A stretch of DNA of 64,000 bases from an uncultured Steroidobacteraceae bacterium (GTDB lineage: Bacteria; Pseudomonadota; Gammaproteobacteria; Steroidobacterales; Steroidobacteraceae): contig CAZVIF010000011.1 of NCBI GenBank assembly GCA_964626745.1, positions 7,195 through 71,194 of the forward strand. Reading direction: 5' to 3'. A program made the position numbers and the translations under genes. Of the stretch, positions 35,664 through 43,800 are shown in pieces (within the stretch, counting starts at the first letter, position 1; the number at the start of each line of letters is the position of its first letter). Below the pieces are notes generated by a model that saw only the letters and a program-made list of their open reading frames with translations, was not told the DNA's origin and made no database searches.

Positions 35664-37084
35664 CACGGCTTCCACTGCAGGCCTCCCAGGTAGCGCTTCA
35701 GGATCCGCTCGCCGGTGTCGTAGCCGACGCCCTGCAGCGCGAGCCGGCTCACCAGCGCCTCGCTCGCGTCGTCGATGCTGACGACCGTCACGTCGAAGTC
35801 GTAGAGGTCGCCGAACAGCCGGTACTGGCGCAGGCAGGTCGAAATGCGCGCGTCGAAGCCGTCGAGCGAGACCAGGCCGTCGTGGCAGGCGAACGGCGCG
35901 ACGTGGGCCGGCGAACCGGCGCGGTGCGGCGCCGCGGCCGTGCGATTCACGATCCGCTCGAACTGCAGCGGATGGAGCCCCGACGGCTGCAGCACGCGGT
36001 GCTGCACCGTGAAGCCGGCGACATACACGCCGCCCTGCACCAGCAGCCGCGACGGCATCGCGCAGCTCACGGTCTCGACGCGCACGCGCGGGTGGCCGCC
36101 GCGCTCGTCGAACGTGCTGCATTCCAGGTGCCGGGAGAGCTGCGCCGGCAGCACGAAATGCCGCACGGTCTGCGTGCCGGCCGATTCCGGCTGCGCCTCC
36201 AGCACCTCGGATTCGTAGGCGAGCACCTGACCCGTCACGAGCTGGCGCAGCTGCAGCGCGCTGAAGCGCTGGTCCAGCGGTTCCCGCGCGCGCGCCAGCA
36301 GCGGCGGGACGTGCTTGGCCGGCACGACGAAGCCGACCAGCTGCCGCCCGAGGACGACGGACACGTTGACGCCGTACACGCGGCCGCGCCGGTCGAGCGC
36401 CGGTCCGCCCGACATGCCGCCGTTGATCGCGCCGGTGTAGTGGATGCGCTGCTCGATGCTGTTCTCGACCAGCCCGTTGGCGACGCCCTCGGTGATGGTC
36501 AGGCCGAGGTTCAGCGGGAAACCGATCGACCAGGCACGCTCGCCCTGGGCGGGAATCTCGGTGCGAAGCGTCAGCGGCGGCAGCGCGAGGTCGTCGTCCG
36601 GAGCGACGATCGCGAGGTCGTTGCGCACGTCGATGGCGAGGACGCGCAGCGGCCCCGTGCGGCCGTCGCTCGCCAGGTACTCCAGCCGGTACTGCCGCGG
36701 GTACAACACGGCCTGGGCGACGACGTGGTAGTTGGTGACGATGCGGCGGCCGTCGTCCACGGCGAAGCCGCTGCCATGGAAGGCGCTCGACGCGGAGGCA
36801 TCGAAGTAGCCGCGGATCTGCACGACGGACCCGCGCGCGGCGTCAAGCCGGTCCTTCGCCTCGTCCGACAGCTCCTGGGCCTCGATGGCGGCCTCGATGG
36901 CGGCCGCGTCGACGGCCGTCTCGTCCGCGGGGGCCTCATCGCCAGCGTCACCAGCCGCCTCGTCGGGCGCCTGTTCGGCGGGCGCCTCTGCAGGGGCCGT
37001 GGCCTCTTCCTGCGGTTCAGCGGCTCCGGTCGAGGATCCGCACAGCAGCAGGATGGCGATGAATCGAGCGGTGTTAAGGCGCAA
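35663..37084 (-). CDS. trypsin-like (S1) serine protease lipoprotein with uncharacterised C-terminal domain
   Basis: Catalytic triad motifs TNYHVV, RNDLAIV and GMSGGP are present. The probable TTG start at 37084 gives MRLNTARFIAILLLCGSS (lipobox). The ATG at 37180 would overlap the upstream gene by about 100 nt, so the start is uncertain. Confidence 0.7.
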   Translation of the reverse strand: MRLNTARFIAILLLCGSSTGAAEPQEEATAPAEAPAEQAPDEAAGDAGDEAPADETAVDAAAIEAAIEAQELSDEAKDRLDAARGSVVQIRGYFDASASSAFHGSGFAVDDGRRIVTNYHVVAQAVLYPRQYRLEYLASDGRTGPLRVLAIDVRNDLAIVAPDDDLALPPLTLRTEIPAQGERAWSIGFPLNLGLTITEGVANGLVENSIEQRIHYTGAINGGMSGGPALDRRGRVYGVNVSVVLGRQLVGFVVPAKHVPPLLARAREPLDQRFSALQLRQLVTGQVLAYESEVLEAQPESAGTQTVRHFVLPAQLSRHLECSTFDERGGHPRVRVETVSCAMPSRLLVQGGVYVAGFTVQHRVLQPSGLHPLQFERIVNRTAAAPHRAGSPAHVAPFACHDGLVSLDGFDARISTCLRQYRLFGDLYDFDVTVVSIDDASEALVSRLALQGVGYDTGERILKRYLGGLQWKP

Positions 37085-38252
37085 TGCCGGCAATGATCCT
37101 GTCGTAGAAAAGCTTGAATGCGTACTCGGACTCCACGTCCTCGTAGACGTTCCAGCCGGTGAATACCGCGATGATGCCAAGGTCCGGCACGATCAGGCCG
37201 TGTTGTCCGCCCCAGCCCCAGGTGCCGACCATGGCGGGCCGGCCGTCGCTCCCGTCGTTGAAAACCCACCATTGGTAACCGTAGCCGACGTCATCATCCG
37301 GATCGTCGGGATTCGTGTCCTTCACGTGCGGCTGGATCGAGCGCTCGACCCAGTCAGCCGGTATGACCTGCCTGCCGTTCCACTCGCCCTTGCGCTCGTA
37401 CAGCAGGGCGAGTCGCGCCAGATCGCGCGATCGGAGGTACAACCCGCCTGCCGCGTCGCGATAGCCCTCCGGTGCGGACTTCCAGTGGTAGTCGCGGATG
37501 CCGATGGGGTGAAAGAGCAGCTCCTCCGCGTACCGGTCGAGCGGCTTTCCGGTCGCGTTGGAGACGATCTCCGACATGAGCTGCGTGTTCGTGCTGTTGT
37601 AGTTGTAGGTCGTGCCCTGCGGGGCCACGAGCGGCTTCCGCAGCAGGTAACCCACCCAGTCGTCCGTCCGCTCCACGCGTATCCCGTCGTTCCTCGGATC
37701 CCAGTAGGACACCTGGTCTTCCAGCCATTCGAAGCCCGGCCGCATCGTCAGGATGTTCTCGAGCGTGATCGCCGCCTTCGCCGGATCCGCGATCTTCCGA
37801 TGCGGCAGCAGCGCGCCGAGCGTCGCTTCCGTGCCCGGCAGGTCGCCCCGGGCGATGGCGATGCCCACCAGCGCCGACATGACGCTCTTGGTGGTCGACT
37901 GCATCGTGTGCAGGTCGGTGCCCTGGTAGTACGGGTGCCAGGTGGCGTCGTAGTAGTTCCAGGGCCCCGACTCGCCGGTCATCCGGCCCGCGTTGATCGC
38001 CTTGTAATCGCGCGGATAGCGGGCTTCGAACACGATGCGCCCGTGACGGGCGATCAGCATCGAGTCGACGTAACCGTGCTTGCCGCTGCGCAGCTCGGCG
38101 TCGAGCGCCAGAATGGCTTCCTCGTCGAGCCCCTCGCGGGCAGGCGTCGAAACCTCCCAGTGCTCATCGGGCCAGGAGGGCTCCGCGGCGATCGCCAGGC
38201 AAGCCGGCAGGGCAAGCAGGCAGAACGATGCGGACAGAACGCGACCGGGCAT
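37074..38252 (-). CDS. beta-lactamase-fold serine hydrolase (exported)
   Basis: 392 aa with a strong AGGAGG SD and signal MPGRVLSASFCLLALPACLAIAA. The SxxK motif STTK is present. It is the first gene of the seven-gene minus-strand array. Confidence 0.85.
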   Translation of the reverse strand: MPGRVLSASFCLLALPACLAIAAEPSWPDEHWEVSTPAREGLDEEAILALDAELRSGKHGYVDSMLIARHGRIVFEARYPRDYKAINAGRMTGESGPWNYYDATWHPYYQGTDLHTMQSTTKSVMSALVGIAIARGDLPGTEATLGALLPHRKIADPAKAAITLENILTMRPGFEWLEDQVSYWDPRNDGIRVERTDDWVGYLLRKPLVAPQGTTYNYNSTNTQLMSEIVSNATGKPLDRYAEELLFHPIGIRDYHWKSAPEGYRDAAGGLYLRSRDLARLALLYERKGEWNGRQVIPADWVERSIQPHVKDTNPDDPDDDVGYGYQWWVFNDGSDGRPAMVGTWGWGGQHGLIVPDLGIIAVFTGWNVYEDVESEYAFKLFYDRIIAGIAP

Positions 38253-38317
38253 TTCCGTATTCCTCCTGCCGACCGGACACCGGTGTATCGTTCAGCTTAC
38301 ACGCCTGCGTAACGCTC

Positions 38318-39322
38318 ATGACGACGCACACCCTGACCCAGGCCATGCGACTGCCGGCGCCCGGCGCGGCGCTGCGCCTGCAGGAGGTCGCGCTGCGGCC
38401 GCCTGGACCTCACGAGATCGTGCTGAAGGTCCGCGCCTGCGGCGTGTGCCGCACGGACCTGCACCTGGTGGATGGCGAGCTCGCGCACGCGCGCTATCCG
38501 GTGACGCCGGGGCACGAAATCGTCGGCGAGGTGCTGGCCGCGGGCCGCGAGGTCGTCGGGATCCGGCCGGGCGATCGCGTCGGCGTGCCCTGGCTCGGCT
38601 GGACCTGCGGCGCCTGCGACTACTGCCGCTCCGGCCGCGAAAACCTCTGCGACGCCGCCGAGTTCACGGGTGCAACACGCGACGGCGGCTTTGCCCGCCA
38701 TGTCATCGCGGATGCGCGCTATGCCCTCGCCATTCCGCCCGCCTACGACGATGCCGCGGCGGCGCCGCTGCTCTGTGCCGGGCTGATCGGTTACCGCGCC
38801 TATCGGCTCGCCGGCGACGGGCCCTGCCTCGGGATCTACGGCTTCGGCGCCGCGGCCCACTTGATCGCGCAGGTCGCCGTGGCCGCGAAACGCCGGGTCT
38901 TTGCCTTCACGCGGCCCGGGGATGCCGCAGCACAGGCGTTCGCCCGTTCGCTGGGCGCCAGTTGGGCCGGTCCGTCGGACGCCCAGCCGCCCGAACCCCT
39001 GGACGCGGCCCTGCTCTTCGCGCCGGTGGGCGAGCTGGTGCCCGCCGCGCTCCGCGCCGTGCGCAAGGGCGGCCGCGTCGTCTGCGCCGGCATCCACATG
39101 AGCGACATTCCGGGATTCCCGTACTCCATTCTCTGGGGCGAGCGATCGCTGTGCTCCGTGGCCAACCTCACGCGCGAGGACGGGCGCGAGTTCATGCGCG
39201 TCGCGGCGCAAGTCCGCCTGCAGCCGTCGGTCGAGGCTTTCCCGCTCGGCGAGGCGAATGCGGCGCTCGAGCGGTTGCGGTCCGGAACTTTGCAGGGCGC
39301 TGCGGTTCTCATGCCTGACTAG
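38318..39322 (+). CDS. zinc-dependent alcohol dehydrogenase family protein
   Basis: Catalytic zinc motifs GVCRTDLH and GHEIVGEV, and structural zinc motif CGACDYCRSGRENLC. ATG 38345 is an alternative start. Confidence 0.9.
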   Translation: MTTHTLTQAMRLPAPGAALRLQEVALRPPGPHEIVLKVRACGVCRTDLHLVDGELAHARYPVTPGHEIVGEVLAAGREVVGIRPGDRVGVPWLGWTCGACDYCRSGRENLCDAAEFTGATRDGGFARHVIADARYALAIPPAYDDAAAAPLLCAGLIGYRAYRLAGDGPCLGIYGFGAAAHLIAQVAVAAKRRVFAFTRPGDAAAQAFARSLGASWAGPSDAQPPEPLDAALLFAPVGELVPAALRAVRKGGRVVCAGIHMSDIPGFPYSILWGERSLCSVANLTREDGREFMRVAAQVRLQPSVEAFPLGEANAALERLRSGTLQGAAVLMPD

Positions 39323-39389
39323 CAATCGTCACGTTGCGGCAATCCTGCAGCGCTATGCTGCGAGAGGAGGGGTCAAGGAGGGCACCGCC

Positions 39390-39572
39390 ATGCAGACGAA
39401 CGACATCACGCGAGAAATCGCATCCGGCGCTCGGCGTCGCAGTCCGGATCCGCAGGTTCTCGGCACCCGGCGTGCGGCGACGGACAAGTCCCGATCGGTC
39501 GTTGCAGTGAATCGCGTGCGTGAGAGCGGTGCAGTCCGGCCCAAACGCTGTCGCTACGGAGCGGGATTCTAG
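39390..39572 (+). CDS. small arginine-rich hypothetical protein (60 aa)
   Basis: ATG is preceded by AAGGAGGG at about 7 nt. The stop sits 2 nt before the palindrome at 39575. Third-position GC is only about two-thirds, lower than neighbours. No homology recognised. Confidence 0.3.
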   Translation: MQTNDITREIASGARRRSPDPQVLGTRRAATDKSRSVVAVNRVRESGAVRPKRCRYGAGF

Positions 39573-39574
39573 AA

Positions 39575-39592
39575 ACGTTCCGGCCGGAACGT
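39575..39592. terminator. 18-nt perfect palindrome ACGTTCCGG/CCGGAACGT followed by CTTTTG; possible bidirectional terminator
   Basis: It lies between the small ORF stop (39572) and the convergent Fic gene stop (39632). The T-tract is short. Confidence 0.4.
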
Positions 39593-39631
39593 CTTTTGCG
39601 GTGCGGAAGGCGTTTCTGCGGAGACGTTTTC

Positions 39632-40216
39632 TCAGCGGACTTCGAGAAATCGGAACAAGGGTTCGTAGTCGCGCCCGTCCGCGGCCCGCAACGCGGCGAG
39701 GTACTCGTCGCGAGGCTCGCCCGCCGCAACGAGACTGCCATCGCCCCAACGGAATCGCTCTTCGCCGTGCGCGTGCAGGAGCAGATCCGCGTACGTGCGC
39801 GCGACACGGCCATTGCCATTCGGGAAGGGATGAATGTGCACGAGGCGATGGTGAAGCCGCGCGGCGATCTCGCGTATCGGATAGCTGTGGGCTTCCACTT
39901 GAGCCTCAACGTCCAGGAGCAGTTGGCGGACAGCTTCCGGGATCCGCTCCGGCGCAATTCCGATGTTCTTCTCGGTCGTTCTCCACTCGCCCGCCCACCT
40001 CCAGGTGTCGCCGAACATCTTCCCGTGAAGCCGTTTCAGGTAGCTCTCAGTCAGCAGTTCCTTGCGGCGGCGGCCGAACGCCCATCGCTCACCGTCGACG
40101 ATGTTGGCGTGCTCCCATTCATTGAGCTCGGGCTGCGTCGTGATGTGTGCCGGGATGAGGGCGCGCGCTTCATCCGGGTCAACCGGCGTCGCGCCGGCTG
40201 GAGTCGGAGAGATCAT
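39632..40216 (-). CDS. Fic family protein (mobile mystery protein B type)
   Basis: 194 aa with Fic motif HIHPFPNGNGRVAR, i.e. HxFx(D/E)GNGRxxR with Asn at the D/E position. Its ATG overlaps the stop of the upstream HTH gene (ATGA). Confidence 0.9.
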   Translation of the reverse strand: MISPTPAGATPVDPDEARALIPAHITTQPELNEWEHANIVDGERWAFGRRRKELLTESYLKRLHGKMFGDTWRWAGEWRTTEKNIGIAPERIPEAVRQLLLDVEAQVEAHSYPIREIAARLHHRLVHIHPFPNGNGRVARTYADLLLHAHGEERFRWGDGSLVAAGEPRDEYLAALRAADGRDYEPLFRFLEVR

Positions 40217-40671
40217 TCCCAGAGCTTTCGACGGCTGCCTGCCAGCAAGCGCTCAACTTCCCGTTCCATTGCGCGCTCCCGCTCCCGCGCTCCGAGGGCC
40301 TGGCGCTCGAGCTCCATGGAGTGTCCGGTCCGCCGCAGCGTCTTGCTCGCGACCAATCGGGCCCGTTCCTCGAGAATCTCCTCAAGCGGCTTGCGCGGAA
40401 CGAACGCGTACACGAGGTCGCATTCGAGAGCGTTCGCCAGCTCACGCAAAGAGCCGAGTTGAATCGTCTGCTTGACTTCACGGGCCTGCAGATCGCTGAC
40501 TGTGTTCGGGTCGCGGCCGACACGTTGAGCGAGCTGCAAGTTGGTCATTCCAAGCGCTTGCCGAATGGCCCGGATCCACCCGCCAGCGGGCGCACCGGAG
40601 CTCGCCTCGACCGCGAGCGGTTGGAGACGATCTGTAAGCTGTTGAAGTGAAAGATCTTTATTTGTGCGCAT
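40213..40671 (-). CDS. XRE-type helix-turn-helix protein (mobile mystery protein A type)
   Basis: 152 aa. The HTH is IRAIRQALGMTNLQLAQRVGRDPNTVSDLQARE. It is translationally coupled to the Fic gene. Confidence 0.85.
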   Translation of the reverse strand: MRTNKDLSLQQLTDRLQPLAVEASSGAPAGGWIRAIRQALGMTNLQLAQRVGRDPNTVSDLQAREVKQTIQLGSLRELANALECDLVYAFVPRKPLEEILEERARLVASKTLRRTGHSMELERQALGARERERAMEREVERLLAGSRRKLWE

Positions 40672-40710
40672 TGCCGGCCTTCGGCATGGTTCGCAGACAC
40701 GATACCCGCT

Positions 40711-40760
40711 TATACACGGTGTTTATCTAAAAATAAACCGTTTATAACCGGTTTTATTGC
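40711..40760. promoter_or_regulatory. AT-rich operator/promoter-like repeat cluster upstream of the HTH-Fic cassette (and of divergent lhr)
   Basis: Three direct GTTT(T)AT words at 40721, 40740 and 40751. Dyads are GTTTAT-N6-ATAAAC (40721-40738) and AAACCG-N8-CGGTTT (40735-40754). This is the most AT-rich stretch in the window. Confidence 0.45.
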
Positions 40761-40820
40761 CTAGGGAGCAAAAGCGTCCAGGCTCGTGACCTGAGCCACC
40801 CCCACCCCCAGAATGCGCTG

Positions 40821-43800
40821 ATGCCCCCGGACGCCCTCTCCAGTTTCCACCCCGCCGTCGCCGGGTGGTTCCAGAGCCGCTTCCCCGCGCCGACCGAGGC
40901 TCAGGCCCGCGCCTGGGCAGTCACCTCGCGGCACCGCAACGCCCTGATCGCGGCCCCGACCGGTTCGGGCAAGACGCTCGCGGCCTTCCTCTCCGCCATC
41001 AATGACCTGGTGGTCGAGGGCAGCACGCGGGGCCTCTACGACGAGGTGCACGTTCTCTACGTGTCGCCGCTGAAGGCGCTCTCGAACGACATCCAGAAGA
41101 ACCTCCAGGAGCCGCTCGCCGGCATCCGCGACCGGCTGCTGGAACTCGGCCTCGACGACGTGCCGATCCGCGACGCGGTGCGCACGGGCGACACCTCGGC
41201 CTTCGAGCGCAACCGGATGCGGAAGTCCCCGCCGCACATCCTGGTCACGACGCCGGAGTCGCTCTTCATCCTGCTGACCTCCGAGTCCGGCCGGAACATG
41301 CTGAAGAGCGTGCGCAGCGTGATCGTCGACGAGCTGCACGCGGTCGCCGGCAGCAAGCGCGGCTCGCACCTGATGCTCTCGCTCGAGCGGCTCGACGCCC
41401 TCTGCGGCAAGCCGCCGGTGCGCGTCGGCCTCTCGGCGACGGTGAAGCCGCTCGAAGCCATGGCGCGCTTCCTGGTCGGCGCGCGCGGGGAGCCCGCCGA
41501 GATCGTGGACACCGGCCACGTGCGCGAGCGTGACCTCGCGCTCGAACTGCCGCGCGCGCCGCTCGAAGCGGTGATGTCGAACGAGGTCTGGGGCGAGCTC
41601 TACGACCGGCTCGCGGAACTCATCCAGTCACACAACACCACGCTCATCTTCGTCAACAACCGCCGCCTCGCGGAGCGCGCCACGCGCCACCTCGCCGAGC
41701 GCATCGGCGCCGAGCACGTCGCGACCCACCACGGCAGCCTCTCGAAGGAGCACCGCCTCTCCGCGGAGACCCGGCTCAAGGAAGGCCAATTGAAGGCGCT
41801 GATCGCCACCTCCTCGCTCGAGCTCGGCATCGACATCGGCGACATCGACCTCGTCTGCCAGATGGGCACGCCACGGCTGATCTCGGCCTTCCTGCAGCGC
41901 GTCGGCCGCGCCGGCCACGCGGTCGGCGCGACGCCGAAGGGGCGGCTGTTCCCGCTCTCGCTCGACGACCTGGTCGAGTGCACGGCGCTGCTCGACGGCG
42001 TCCGGCGCGGCGAGCTGGACCGCATCCGCGTGCCGGCGAAGCCGCTCGACGTGCTCGCGCAGCAAATCGTCGGCGAAGTGGCCTGCCGCGAGTGGGACGT
42101 GGACGAACTGTTCGAGTCGTTCCGCGGCGCGCAGCCCTACGCGGACCTGACCGCCGCCGAGTTCGAGCAGGTGCTGCAGATGCTCGCGGAGGGCTATTCG
42201 ACGCGCCGCGGCCGGCGCGGCGCCTACCTGCACTACGACACGGTCAACCGGCGCCTGCGCCCGCGAAAGGGCGCACGGCTCACCGCCGTCACCAACGCAG
42301 GCGTGATCCCGGACCAGTTCGACTACGACGTCGTGCTGAACCCGGAGGGCCTGCGCATCGGCTCGATCGGCGAGGACTTCGCCTTCGAGAGCCTGCCGGG
42401 CGACATCTTCCAGCTCGGCAACCAGTCCTACAGGGTGCAGAAGGTCGAGGTGAACCGCGTGCTGGTCGAGGACGCGCGCGGCGCGCCGCCGACCATCCCG
42501 TTCTGGTTTGGCGAGGCGCCGGCGCGCAGCGACGAGCTCTCCGCCGCCGTCTCGCGCCTGCGCGAGACCGCGATGGAAAAGCTCGACGGCGCACCCGAGG
42601 ACTGCGAGCGCTGGCTGGAGGACGAGCTGGGTCTGGCCCCCGCTGCCGCGAACCAGCTCTGCCAGTACCTCGCCGCCGGCCGGCTCGCGCTCGGCAAGCT
42701 GCCGACGCTCGGCACCGTCATCTTCGAGCGCTTCTTCGACGACGTCGGCGACACGCACCTCGTCATCCACTCCACCTTCGGCTCGCGCGTCAACCGCGCC
42801 TGGGGGCTGGCGCTGCGCAAGCGCTTCTGCCGCCAGTTCAACTTCGAGCTGCAGGCCTCCGCGCTCGAGGACAGCATCGTGCTCTCGCTCGGGCCGACGC
42901 ACAGCTTCCCGCTCGAGGACGTGAAGGGATTCCTGAAGTCCGAAACCGCGCAGGACGTGCTGGTGCAGGCCCTGCTCGACGCGCCGATGTTCGGGACGCG
43001 CTGGCGCTGGAACGCCGCGGTCGCGCTCGCCGTCAGGCGCATCCGGAACGGCAAGCGGCTGCCCGCGCCGTTCCAGCGCGCGGATTCCGAGGACCTGCTC
43101 GCGGTCGTGTTCCCCGACCAGCTCGCGTGCCTGGAGAACATCACCGGCCCGCGCGAGATCCCGGACCATCCGCTGGTGGCGCAGACGCTCCGCGACTGCC
43201 TGCACGACACGATGGACGTGGACGGCTTCCTCGCGCTGCTGCGCGGCATCGAGCAGAGCACGGTCGAGGTGCTGTGCCGCGACCTCACCGCACCCTCGCC
43301 GCTCTCGCACGCAATCCTCGGCGCGCGCCCGTTCGCGTTCCTGGACGACGGCGACGCCGAGGGCCGGCGCACGCGCTCCGTCACCACCGACCGCCTGCTC
43401 GAACCGCAGGACGCCGCCGACCTCGGCCGGCTCGATCCCCAGGCGATCGAGCGCGTGGTGCGGGAGGCCTGGCCGGAGGTCGGCAACCACGACGAGCTGC
43501 ACGACGCGCTCGTCGTGCACGGCTTCCTGACCGCGCCCGAGGTCGAACCGTGGAAGACGTCGCTCGCGCGGCTGCGCGAGGAGCGGCGCGTCGTGTATCA
43601 CGACGGGCTTTGGGTCGCCGTCGAGCGGTCCGCCGAGTTCGAGCGCGCCCGGTCCGGCGATCTCGAGGCGCTCGCGGAGATCCTGCGCAGCCGGCTCGAG
43701 CTGGCCGGCCCCGTGACCGAGGCGGCGCTCGCCGTCGTCCTCGACCTCGAGGCGAGCGCGGTCCGCGCGGCCCTGCTGATGCTCGAGTCGCAAGGCTCGG

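Noticed and set aside
39258-39572. 104-aa version of the small ORF starting at 39258, inside the alcohol dehydrogenase 3' end.
   Set aside because: It overlaps the ADH coding end and has no SD. The internal ATG at 39390 with AAGGAGGG is the only plausible start if the ORF is real at all.
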